Source: Armatimonadota bacterium
Lineage (GTDB): Bacteria > Armatimonadota > Hebobacteria > CAIYQO01
Direction of reading: 5' to 3'
NCBI GenBank assembly: GCA_038248345.1
Contig: JBBRXO010000066.1
Location: forward strand, 1-16,090
Length of the DNA stretch: 16,090 nt
Numbering within the stretch: the first letter of the stretch is position 1; every line of letters begins with the position of its first letter. Positions 8,715 to 16,090 of the stretch are shown here, in pieces. Made by a program: the position numbers and the translations under genes. Under the pieces are notes generated by a model, which did not search any database, had not been told where the DNA came from, and saw only the letters and a list, made by a program, of their open reading frames with translations.

Positions 8715-9392
8715 TTACCTCATCGCCGCCGCATCCACCACCCATTCCGCATCCGTTATCATTTGTGCCGGGTACTTCACCGGCCCGCCCAATACCGCAT
8801 GTAATATCTCCGCTTTCTCCGCACCGGTGACGAGGAAGAGGCGGTGGGCGGCAGCGTTGATGAAACTCGGGGTGAGGGTGATGCGATGCGGTACCGCGAG
8901 GGAAGGCTCAAATACCGCGACCACTGTATCTTTCGCTATTAGCGCCGGAGAGCCAGGGAAGAGCGAGGCGGTGTGGCCATCGGTGCCCAGACCCAGCAGG
9001 ATCAGATCCAGCGCCGGATAACACAGCAACTCCGCCGCATACTCACTAGCGGCTACGTCGGGCGGCTGTTCACCTTTGATAAGGTGGATATTTGCGGCGG
9101 GTAGCGGAATATGATCGAGCAACGCGGTCTGCGCCAGATGATAATTGCTGGCGTCGTCATCCGGCGGCACACAGCGTTCATCGCTCCAGAATATCTGGGT
9201 ATGCGCCCAGTCAATCTGCCCGGAGAATTCCGGGGTGGCCAGCAACTGGTATAGCTCGCGCGGGGTGGCCCCGCCAGCGAGAGCTAAAGTGAATACCCCG
9301 CGTGCCAGGATGGCGGCGTGTGCAACCGCAACCACCCGGTCCGCAGCATAATGCGCTACTGCGGGGGTATCAGTGAATACAATAGGTTTCAT
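8715..9392 (-). CDS. pgl: 6-phosphogluconolactonase (start MKPIVF at 9392 preferred over 9473)
   Basis: [46 protein letters not shown]; overlaps the 3' end of zwf. Confidence 0.93.
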   Translation of the reverse strand: MKPIVFTDTPAVAHYAADRVVAVAHAAILARGVFTLALAGGATPRELYQLLATPEFSGQIDWAHTQIFWSDERCVPPDDDASNYHLAQTALLDHIPLPAANIHLIKGEQPPDVAASEYAAELLCYPALDLILLGLGTDGHTASLFPGSPALIAKDTVVAVFEPSLAVPHRITLTPSFINAAAHRLFLVTGAEKAEILHAVLGGPVKYPAQMITDAEWVVDAAAMR

Positions 9393-10812
9393 CGCCCCAC
9401 CCGCATCCGTAATACCAGCACCGCCCATCGCGTGTGGGCAGGTCATCCGCGTCCGTCGGCCCGTAGGAGCCACGGGGATAGACGCTCAACTCCGGCGCGT
9501 CCGCCCCCGCCCAGACGGCGATGAGCGGGTCGATGAGCTCCCAGCTCACCTCAATGGCATCATTGCGCGGGAAGAGCGAGAGATCCCCCTGCAGCACATC
9601 GAGGAGCAGACGCTCGTAGGCGTCGGGGAGTTCCGCCCCGCCATTCTCATCACTGAAGTGGAAGGATAGGTTGATGGGGCGCGTCTCCTGTTGCGATTCC
9701 GGCACCTTCGCCTGGATGCTCAGGTGAATCCCCTCCGCCGGCTGGATACAGATGCGCAGCACGTTGGGGATACCGGAATGATTTGCAAAGATGCTGTGCG
9801 GCGCGCGTTGGAATTCCACAATAATCTCGCTCGACTTCGCCGCCAGCGCTTTGCCGGAGCGCAGGTAAAATGGCACCCCACGCCAGCGCCAGTTATCGAT
9901 ATTCAACTTCAGCGCGCCGTAGGTGGCGGTGGCGCTGTCCGGCGCGACATGCTCACTGTCGCGGTAGCCCGCATATTGTGCGCGCACCGTGTCCGCCGGA
10001 TCGATGGGGCGGATGGCGCTCAATACTTTGAATTTCTCGTCACGCACACTGTCTGCCTGGAAGGAGGCGGGTGGCTCCATGGCCACCAGTGTCAGCAGCT
10101 GCAGCAGGTGGTTCTGGAACATATCGCGCAGCACCCCGGCTTTGTCGTAGTAGGCGCCGCGCGCGCCGATATCCACGCTCTCCGCCACGGTGATCTGCAC
10201 ATTGTCGATGTAGTTGCGGTTCCACAACGGCTCAAAGATGGAGTTAGCGAAGCGGAAGAAGAGGATATTCTGCGCCGTCTCCTTGCCCAGGTAGTGATCC
10301 ATGCGGAATATCTGCCCCTCGCTGAAGGCGGTATGCAGCATGGCATCAAGGGCGCGCGCGGACTCCAGACTTACGCCGAAGGGTTTCTCCACCACGATGC
10401 GGCGGCAGGCGTCGTCGTTGGCGACCGCCATGCCGCTCTCATGCAGTAGGCAAGCGATCTCGGCGAAATAGTCGGGCAAGGTCGCCAGATAGTAGATGCG
10501 GTTCGCGGTGCCGCCCTCCAGTTTTTTGAGCGCCGCGTCCAATTTGCGATAATCGGCCACCATATGCGCATCACCTGCGAGATAGAACAACCGCGCGGCG
10601 AACTCCGCCCAGCGCTCCGCGCTAACATCCGCAACCGCCATCTCCGCGCGGTATTCCGCATGGGTGAAGGCCGTGCGCGAGAAACCAACAATGCGCAACT
10701 GCTCCGGTAGCCGCCCCTTGCTCCATAAGTTATACAACGCCGGAATCAGCTTGCTCCGCGTCAAATCGCCCGAGCCGCCGAAGATTATCAGGGTTATTGG
10801 TTTGTCGGTCAT
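9370..10812 (-). CDS. zwf: Glucose-6-phosphate 1-dehydrogenase (start 10812 with GGGAGG RBS preferred over 10845)
   Basis: [66 protein letters not shown]. Confidence 0.97.
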   Translation of the reverse strand: MTDKPITLIIFGGSGDLTRSKLIPALYNLWSKGRLPEQLRIVGFSRTAFTHAEYRAEMAVADVSAERWAEFAARLFYLAGDAHMVADYRKLDAALKKLEGGTANRIYYLATLPDYFAEIACLLHESGMAVANDDACRRIVVEKPFGVSLESARALDAMLHTAFSEGQIFRMDHYLGKETAQNILFFRFANSIFEPLWNRNYIDNVQITVAESVDIGARGAYYDKAGVLRDMFQNHLLQLLTLVAMEPPASFQADSVRDEKFKVLSAIRPIDPADTVRAQYAGYRDSEHVAPDSATATYGALKLNIDNWRWRGVPFYLRSGKALAAKSSEIIVEFQRAPHSIFANHSGIPNVLRICIQPAEGIHLSIQAKVPESQQETRPINLSFHFSDENGGAELPDAYERLLLDVLQGDLSLFPRNDAIEVSWELIDPLIAVWAGADAPELSVYPRGSYGPTDADDLPTRDGRCWYYGCGWGDETYCIH

Positions 10813-10916
10813 GGGTGCGCCTCCCGTGTAGCCTATATCATACACGTGGAAGCGCCTGGCGGGTAGTGGGCTTTGCGGACAACAGAGTGATTGCGAGGTG
10901 GGAAAGGTGGTGTAGA

Positions 10917-11474
10917 TTATGTTTGTAGTAATCTGTTGTTTGCTGTCAGTAGCGCAATATCGTCATACCGACTGATATCCCTGTCATTCGAAATCAGTTT
11001 CAAATTTGCAGCAACGCATAACCTCACGATAAGCTGGTCATTAAAATCATGTCCACCTGCTTCGAACTCAAGAAGAATTCCAGAATAGTCCATAGATGCA
11101 AAGCCATCATCTAAACTTACACAGTGGGAATCTTTTTTGATACGCCGAAGCGCATCTGCTATATTATGGGCAACCGGAATAAAATCATTGCTATTGCGGA
11201 AGTTCTTAAAAGCGACAGTAGTACATATTCGCGCGAACTCAATCCTGGCAAACCGATTCACAAATTCAGAGACTACCAGCGAATTGATGAATACTACACA
11301 TCCTGCCTGTAGAATATTATCATACGCCCTGGAATATATTCCTGCTACCTTGTCATTCGGGTTTCCAATAGGTCCATATAGATCAAGCCATATGTTAGTA
11401 TCAAGGAATAATCTGTCAGATTTGCTGAACGTATAGTTGCTGATAGAATTAGCACTATTCGGCATCATCATCAC
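10917..11474 (-). CDS. PIN-domain protein (putative ribonuclease); start lies in the GTG/ATG run at 11474-11465
   Basis: Four acidic PIN positions: FLDTNIW, VVSEF, DFNDQLI, LISNDRD. Confidence 0.85.
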   Translation of the reverse strand: MMMMPNSANSISNYTFSKSDRLFLDTNIWLDLYGPIGNPNDKVAGIYSRAYDNILQAGCVVFINSLVVSEFVNRFARIEFARICTTVAFKNFRNSNDFIPVAHNIADALRRIKKDSHCVSLDDGFASMDYSGILLEFEAGGHDFNDQLIVRLCVAANLKLISNDRDISRYDDIALLTANNRLLQT

Positions 11475-11817
11475 CCATCACTGCACGTTCAAGTGCAGTA
11501 TATGCAACGGGGTCTTTGAAATAAGCCTTGGCGGTTTCTACAACACGTTTCAATAACACAAGGTCATCTTGTGCCATATCCTTCACGGTCAATTGCTTTT
11601 TAACAAATTCCTCTGAGAAATTGCCGTATAGTTGCCCCAAAGCGGTGTTCAAGAATGCGGAAGTAAGACTATCAACATTCAAAAAAGAAATCTCTACTGG
11701 ACGGTCAGCGCCTAAAGCAGCAGCTACGCGATCGTAGACCTTCTGGCCATTATCGGAAGAAACACATATGGCGCTCCCAACTATTTCGTATATGCTTAGT
11801 TGTACGTTAGTACTCAT
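11455..11817 (-). CDS. STAS-like domain protein (DUF4325-like)
   Basis: S-x-x-x-GQKVYD...VEISFLNVDSLTSAFLNTALGQLY matches the DUF4325/STAS-like pattern; GAGGT RBS. Confidence 0.8.
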   Translation of the reverse strand: MSTNVQLSIYEIVGSAICVSSDNGQKVYDRVAAALGADRPVEISFLNVDSLTSAFLNTALGQLYGNFSEEFVKKQLTVKDMAQDDLVLLKRVVETAKAYFKDPVAYTALERAVMGDDDAE

Positions 11818-11828
11818 GGTTCATACCT

Positions 11829-12704
11829 CTAAAAAACATCCTCTGGGCTAACCTCAGCAGTCAGGCTATAGGATGTCACGTCTGCCGTATTGATCTTTAT
11901 ATTTACTACTGTGCCCGGTAAAGGAATTTCCAATACATTAATTGTCACCACGTCGCCTTTTTGCATCCAGTAGCCAGTATTGGAAATTATTTCAATTTTT
12001 CCCTTGTTAATAGCAATAAACTCTCGTAGTAGTTTCAACCCCAATCCACCGGGAATTCTTCCCGTTTTTGTGGTATTGCCAGGTTCGACGGCCCATTGTA
12101 TAGCTTCGGCATCACCTATGTCTTTATTGATCTTCTGTGCTACATTTGCTCGGATACCAACACCATTATCGGCAATCGTAAAATCTAGTGTCTTCATTTT
12201 GGGATAATACTGTCCACAGGTAAAAATACCCAGCTCTGTTTTTGAATGAATAACGGCATTGCTGAAGATTTCATGGATACTTTCCCGAAACTTCTTCTGA
12301 AGCCGTGGGGTCATCTCCGGTATATCTTTCCCCGTTAATCCTTGTTCAATATATTCAGCGAAATACCGTTCATCTTTCGCTTCGAACCGCTTATATGGAA
12401 TTGTTGTGCCATAAGTATCAGGTATTTTTTCTCGGCCATATGCGCTTAAGAAACCATTTTTAGACAATATTTTCAATATACTATCATGGATATTGAAAAA
12501 TCTGACCTTGTTTAAATTTGAACTGGCTCGATATAGGATAGCGCCAAAAGGCGCGCACATATTGGCGGCAAACCAATCTACCTGCTGCATATCTATGACA
12601 ATTTCCTCAAATCTAATTTCAGAGACGAACTTAGCCAGCTCAGCCAAGCGTTTGTAACCATTGATGTCACTTCTAACATCTTTCAAGGAATAATTCACAG
12701 ACAT
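11829..12704 (-). CDS. GHKL (HATPase_c) ATP-binding protein with N-terminal STAS-like region, anti-sigma-kinase-like
   Basis: N box EIFSNAVIHS, G1 IADNGVGI, G2 GGLGL, G3 GTVVNIKI; no HisKA phospho-His helix seen. N-terminus IVIDMQQVDWF...ILKILSKNGF is STAS-like. Confidence 0.85.
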   Translation of the reverse strand: MSVNYSLKDVRSDINGYKRLAELAKFVSEIRFEEIVIDMQQVDWFAANMCAPFGAILYRASSNLNKVRFFNIHDSILKILSKNGFLSAYGREKIPDTYGTTIPYKRFEAKDERYFAEYIEQGLTGKDIPEMTPRLQKKFRESIHEIFSNAVIHSKTELGIFTCGQYYPKMKTLDFTIADNGVGIRANVAQKINKDIGDAEAIQWAVEPGNTTKTGRIPGGLGLKLLREFIAINKGKIEIISNTGYWMQKGDVVTINVLEIPLPGTVVNIKINTADVTSYSLTAEVSPEDVF

Positions 12705-12838
12705 TATTATCTCTCACCCAATATACATATTATCATACTTTGAGGTAAATCAGAAATTCAGGGTTACTAGTATGGTAGCACGTTATTTATCCGAAAGAAG
12801 GCCCCGTTTATCTCCTAGATGGAGTTTGCCATCAGCTC

Positions 12839-13249
12839 CTAATATGTCGAATAGCCCTCCCCATAAGCGTCAACACCGACTGGGGTGGCGAATGTTAAAG
12901 TACCCTTTACTCCATCGTAGCTCCAGTGGTGCGTCACGTCGGCGTCATCTCTTGCTACATACGGGTTGCGGGGGAGGCTGCCACCGCCGATGCCGCCTTG
13001 TGATGCCAGGTAGGGCCCCTTGTAGAGACCGGCGGCGAGGTAGGGTAACCTTGTGTCGTATGGTTCGATTAGATCCTCCAGCCGTTTCGGGTACACCCCG
13101 CAATCCGCCTGGAACATCTCGACAGCTTGCCGCAATATCACCAAGTTTGCCTTTAAGGTGGAGTCCTTTGCCCTCGCTGATGACTCAAATGGAAGCATAT
13201 GCCCATTGAACATCATACCACCCAGTAAGATCAGAATTGCTGCTATCAT
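12839..13249 (-). CDS. GspG/pseudopilin-like protein
   Basis: Hydrophobic N-terminus, then AKDSTLKANLVILRQAVEMFQADCGVYPKRLEDL...YKGPYL...LPRNP; GGAGG RBS. Confidence 0.75.
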   Translation of the reverse strand: MIAAILILLGGMMFNGHMLPFESSARAKDSTLKANLVILRQAVEMFQADCGVYPKRLEDLIEPYDTRLPYLAAGLYKGPYLASQGGIGGGSLPRNPYVARDDADVTHHWSYDGVKGTLTFATPVGVDAYGEGYSTY

Positions 13250-13416
13250 CTTTCACCTCCGTATTATCTATTATTCTTAATATTCTGCGTCATCTTCAGC
13301 ATACCTGTTGTTATTATCGCACATTTTAAATCTTCCTGACTGGACAATAAAAGGAACGAAGGCGGTTTGCGCGAATCTAATATAGGTAACAATTATTCCG
13401 AGAAGGATGGTAACCC

Positions 13417-15006
13417 ATGATTCGACGTCTGATAATTTTCGCTTTCATCGCGCTGGTGGGGATAACCTGCATGGCGCAGGATGCCCCCGCTGTCGCCACT
13501 GCGGAACCGCCCGCCGCGCCCGGCTTTATGATACTCGTCAACGGGGTAGTATACACGAAGCTCGATCTCACCGCTTTGTGGATGGGGGCAATGGACGCCA
13601 CCATCAGCAAAGACGGCAATACCGGCACCATCGTCTGGGGAGACAAACAGACGCTGACGCTGGACACCAACTTCCCTCCCATGCGCAACGGCGCCAAAGT
13701 TGCCACGGATGTCCGACCGGAATTCAAAGAAGGTCTTCTCTATGCACCACTGAAATATCTGGCCGAGCAGCTGGGCGTCACCTATCAGGAGGATGCCGTA
13801 GCCAAGCAGGTATCGGTGACGCGTGATGCCGGGGTGCAACTGATCTTCTCCACGATCCCCGGTCAACCTATGCGCGAAGTCACCCCGCTGCACGACGCGG
13901 CGGCCAAAGGCGATACGGTAGAGATCGGCGCCTTGCTGCTGGCCAACCCATTAGCGATCAATGCCCGCATGTTGAGCGGCGCCACCCCCCTGCACATGGC
14001 CGCATTTGAAGGGCGTGAGGATGCCATCAACCTGCTTATCGCCGGCAAAGCGCAGTTGAATTTACATGATCGCAATGGCGTCACCCCGCTGGCCGCCGCC
14101 ATATTCCAGGATAAACCGACCGCGGTGAAAGCGCTGCTGGAAAAGGGCGCGGATATCAATTGCGTGGATAGCTACGGGCAGACGCCGCTCTTTATGGCCG
14201 TACTCTATAAAAAAACAGCGATCTTCAAGCTGCTGCTGGAACACAAAGCGAACGTGAGCCTGACTGAAACCGCCACCGGCTTTACCCCGTTGCATATCGC
14301 CGTGCAAAATGATAACCAGGAAATGGTGGTCATGCTCCTTGACGCGGGCGCAAAGATTAATACGCCGGACGTACTGGGTATTACCCCGTTGGATCAGGCC
14401 GCGGAGGGTAATGACGCCGAATTAGTAGCTTACCTGTTGAGCAAAGGAGCTGATGCGACACTGAAGACCAAAAACGGGTTGACGGCGCTGCATGGCGCTG
14501 TCCGCGGAGGCAACCAGGATAGCCTCTTGCTGCTGCTCAAAGCACCCGGCATTGATATAAACGCCAGTGCCCCCAACGCGGGCACCGCCCTGCACCTGGC
14601 AGTAATCTTCGGCAACCTGACCGCCGTACAAACGCTGGTGGCCAAAGGGACAGATATCAACGCCGCGGGGGCCGGGGCTATGACGCCGCTGCACCTGGCC
14701 GCCGCCATCGGCAATCGCAGTATCGCCACCTTTCTGGTGAATTGGGGCGCGAATATCGAAGCAAAAACGGAAACTGGCAGCACCGCATTACTCACAGCAG
14801 TAGCCACTGGCAATACCGACATCGCCGAGCTGTTACTTAACCATAAAGCTGAAGTTAATACCAAAAATAACGATGGCCAAACACCGCTGGCGCTAACCAC
14901 CGAAGCTATGCTGAAGATCACCGGCACCACCCCCGATGATATTGCCAACAAAGCGAATATCCAAGAGCTGATAAATCTCCTCACCGATCGTGGCGGAATA
15001 GTATAA
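13417..15006 (+). CDS. Secreted protein with a copper-amine-oxidase-N-terminal-like domain and about 10-11 ankyrin repeats
   Basis: Signal peptide MIRRLIIFAFIALVGITCMA; PEFKEGLLYAPLKYLAEQLGVTY resembles the Cu_amine_oxidN1 motif; repeated G-x-T-P/A-L-H-x-A...GA-x-I-N. Confidence 0.85.
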   Translation: MIRRLIIFAFIALVGITCMAQDAPAVATAEPPAAPGFMILVNGVVYTKLDLTALWMGAMDATISKDGNTGTIVWGDKQTLTLDTNFPPMRNGAKVATDVRPEFKEGLLYAPLKYLAEQLGVTYQEDAVAKQVSVTRDAGVQLIFSTIPGQPMREVTPLHDAAAKGDTVEIGALLLANPLAINARMLSGATPLHMAAFEGREDAINLLIAGKAQLNLHDRNGVTPLAAAIFQDKPTAVKALLEKGADINCVDSYGQTPLFMAVLYKKTAIFKLLLEHKANVSLTETATGFTPLHIAVQNDNQEMVVMLLDAGAKINTPDVLGITPLDQAAEGNDAELVAYLLSKGADATLKTKNGLTALHGAVRGGNQDSLLLLLKAPGIDINASAPNAGTALHLAVIFGNLTAVQTLVAKGTDINAAGAGAMTPLHLAAAIGNRSIATFLVNWGANIEAKTETGSTALLTAVATGNTDIAELLLNHKAEVNTKNNDGQTPLALTTEAMLKITGTTPDDIANKANIQELINLLTDRGGIV

Positions 15007-15069
15007 CCGCTGACGCAAACACACATTTTATGCTAGAATCTAGCAACACAGACAAAAAGGGAGAGAACC

Positions 15070-15543
15070 ATGAACAATATCACCGTGTGCGGCAATATAA
15101 CGCGCGACCCGGAGTTGCGCTACACCACGAACGGCAAACCGGTCACCTCTTTCGGGGTGGCGGACAATCGCACCAAAGACCGGGCGATCTTTTTTGACTG
15201 CTCGGCCTTTGATGATATTGCCGAGCGCATAGTCAAGTACTTCAAAAAGGGCAAACCCATCTTCCTCAGTGGCACGCTGGATCAGCGCCCCTACACCGGC
15301 AAAGATGGCGTGGAGCGCACCTCACTGTCTATCACCGTACATAGCTGGGACTTCGTCAACGTCGGCGGCGGCCCCGGAGCCGGTCAGGGCACTGGCGGAC
15401 AACAACAGGGTGGCTATAACAACAACAGCGGCGTTAACCCCTACGAAGCGGGTAATTCACGCCCCGCGCCCACACCCCCCTCCGCACCGCCGATGCCCGA
15501 TGTCGACATCCCCGATATCCAGGATCCATTCGCAGATCAATAG
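15070..15543 (+). CDS. ssb: Single-stranded DNA-binding protein
   Basis: MNNITVCGNITRDPELRYT OB-fold, G/Q/N/P-rich linker, acidic tail ending DPFADQ; AGGGAG RBS; TGCTAGAAT extended -10 at 15031-15039. Confidence 0.95.
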   Translation: MNNITVCGNITRDPELRYTTNGKPVTSFGVADNRTKDRAIFFDCSAFDDIAERIVKYFKKGKPIFLSGTLDQRPYTGKDGVERTSLSITVHSWDFVNVGGGPGAGQGTGGQQQGGYNNNSGVNPYEAGNSRPAPTPPSAPPMPDVDIPDIQDPFADQ

Positions 15544-15559
15544 TTGCGAGTATTCAGCG

Positions 15560-15637
15560 TCGCCGGCTGCGGTTGACGGCATCGTGCGCGCCGAGGGCGA
15601 TGCGGCGGCGCTTGAGTATGTGCGCAAGTTCGACTGG
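15560..15637 (+). pseudogene. Short histidinol dehydrogenase (hisD)-like N-terminal relic
   Basis: Translates as SPAAVDGIVRAEGDAAALEYVRKFDW, matching the HisD N-terminal motif V-x-x-I-...-VR-x-x-GD-x-A-L-x-EY-x-x-KFD; no start codon or rest of the gene. Confidence 0.6.
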
Positions 15638-15673
15638 TGGGTAGGAACTGAATCATTTATATGTTCATTGCGC

Positions 15674-15721
15674 TTGACATTGGATGAAAGCGGTTATACT
15701 CTTATCAGTAGGAATGATAGG
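15674..15721 (+). promoter_or_regulatory. Promoter and palindromic operator of the AbrB-type gene
   Basis: TTGACA at 15674-15679; -10 candidates TATACT (15 nt spacer) or TACTCT (17 nt spacer); palindromes TACT-N6-AGTA (15697-15710) and CTTATCA...TGATAGG (15701-15721). Confidence 0.55.
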
Positions 15722-15726
15722 TTGCG

Positions 15727-15960
15727 ATGAAAGTTACGACAAAAGGTCAAATAACGATTCCGCATAATATTCACGAGAGATTCGGCATCTATCCAGGATC
15801 AGAAATGGACGTTGTCATTGAGGGCAATGCTGTTAAGATCGTCCAGACAAAGATAGTGCCACGTTTGCGTAGGAGTACTGCCGCACGTCTGCGAGGTAAG
15901 GGTAGTGTAGCGATGAGTACGGACGAGATTATGGCATTAACGCGGGGTAAAACAAGTTGA
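15727..15960 (+). CDS. AbrB/MazE/SpoVT-family DNA-binding protein (VapB-like antitoxin)
   Basis: MKVTTKGQITIP...RFGIYPGSEM...EGNAVKI swapped-hairpin motif; C-terminal MSTDEIMALTRG typical of VapB-type antitoxins. Confidence 0.88.
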   Translation: MKVTTKGQITIPHNIHERFGIYPGSEMDVVIEGNAVKIVQTKIVPRLRRSTAARLRGKGSVAMSTDEIMALTRGKTS

Positions 15961-16004
15961 TGATTCATGATTTTGCCTAACATGGCTATGCCCACAATTC
16001 AATT

Positions 16005-16027
16005 GTAGGGGCACAAGGCTTGTGCCC
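16005..16027 (+). repeat. GTAG-type REP-like palindrome
   Basis: GTAG + GGGCACAA-GGC-TTGTGCCC; related GGGCA(C)/TGCCC motifs near 15983-15994 and 16072-16090. Confidence 0.6.
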
Positions 16028-16090
16028 ACCCCATAACCATACCTTCAATTGGTCTATGTATCCCATACCCCGTATAGAGGGCACATGCCA

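Larger units (their letters stand above)
10880..12770 (-). other. AT-rich three-gene islet, probably horizontally acquired
   Basis: Abrupt visible shift from GC-rich zwf to AT-rich sequence (GC not computed); coupled genes; no integrase or clear flanking repeats seen. Confidence 0.7.

Noticed and set aside
9393..9473. N-terminal extension of pgl from the ORF track
   Set aside because: It lies well inside zwf; ATG 9392 gives a normal-length Pgl.
9691..10449. 252-aa + strand ORF and other long antisense ORFs (e.g. 2838-3449, 6396-6899, 14430-15026)
   Set aside because: They are shadows of well-supported genes on the opposite strand in GC-rich DNA, with no recognisable motifs.
11829..12704. 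Classical two-component sensor histidine kinase
   Set aside because: No HisKA H-box, TM or sensor region seen and no neighbouring response regulator; it fits an anti-sigma-type GHKL better.
12772..13209. 145-aa + strand ORF
   Set aside because: Antisense to the GspG-like gene, low-complexity Arg/Pro/Ser content, no RBS seen.
13880..14900. Periodic DNA similarity suggesting a repeat array or CRISPR
   Set aside because: Explained by ankyrin coding repeats; there are no identical repeats with unique spacers and no cas genes.
15269..15730. 153-aa ORF overlapping ssb
   Set aside because: Mostly an alternate frame of ssb; only the short hisD-like segment looks meaningful.

Overview
Bacterial chromosomal window, mostly GC-rich and probably from a diderm (LpxL-type acyltransferase, GspG-like pilins; an Armatimonadota-like origin is a weak inference). 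Housekeeping and accessory genes: a GspG-like fragment, ytxH-like, a four-GAF sensor with a degenerate PdtaS/EutW-type kinase core coupled to a REC-ANTAR regulator, an lpxL-like acyltransferase, a PHP hydrolase, a coiled-coil/zinc-ribbon protein, a RodA/FtsW-family protein, DUF378, pgl, zwf, a second GspG-like gene, a secreted ankyrin protein, ssb and an orphan AbrB-type antitoxin. The main finding is a visibly AT-rich, tightly coupled three-gene cassette at 10917-12704 (- strand): a STAS-like/GHKL (RsbW/SpoIIAB-like) ATPase, a stand-alone STAS-like protein (DUF4325-like) and a PIN ribonuclease. It looks like a partner-switching kinase module wired to a nuclease rather than a sigma factor, and is a candidate defence or toxin system. 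Also noted: a hisD-like relic after ssb and several REP-like palindromes. All family calls come from reading motifs by eye; no searches were run.
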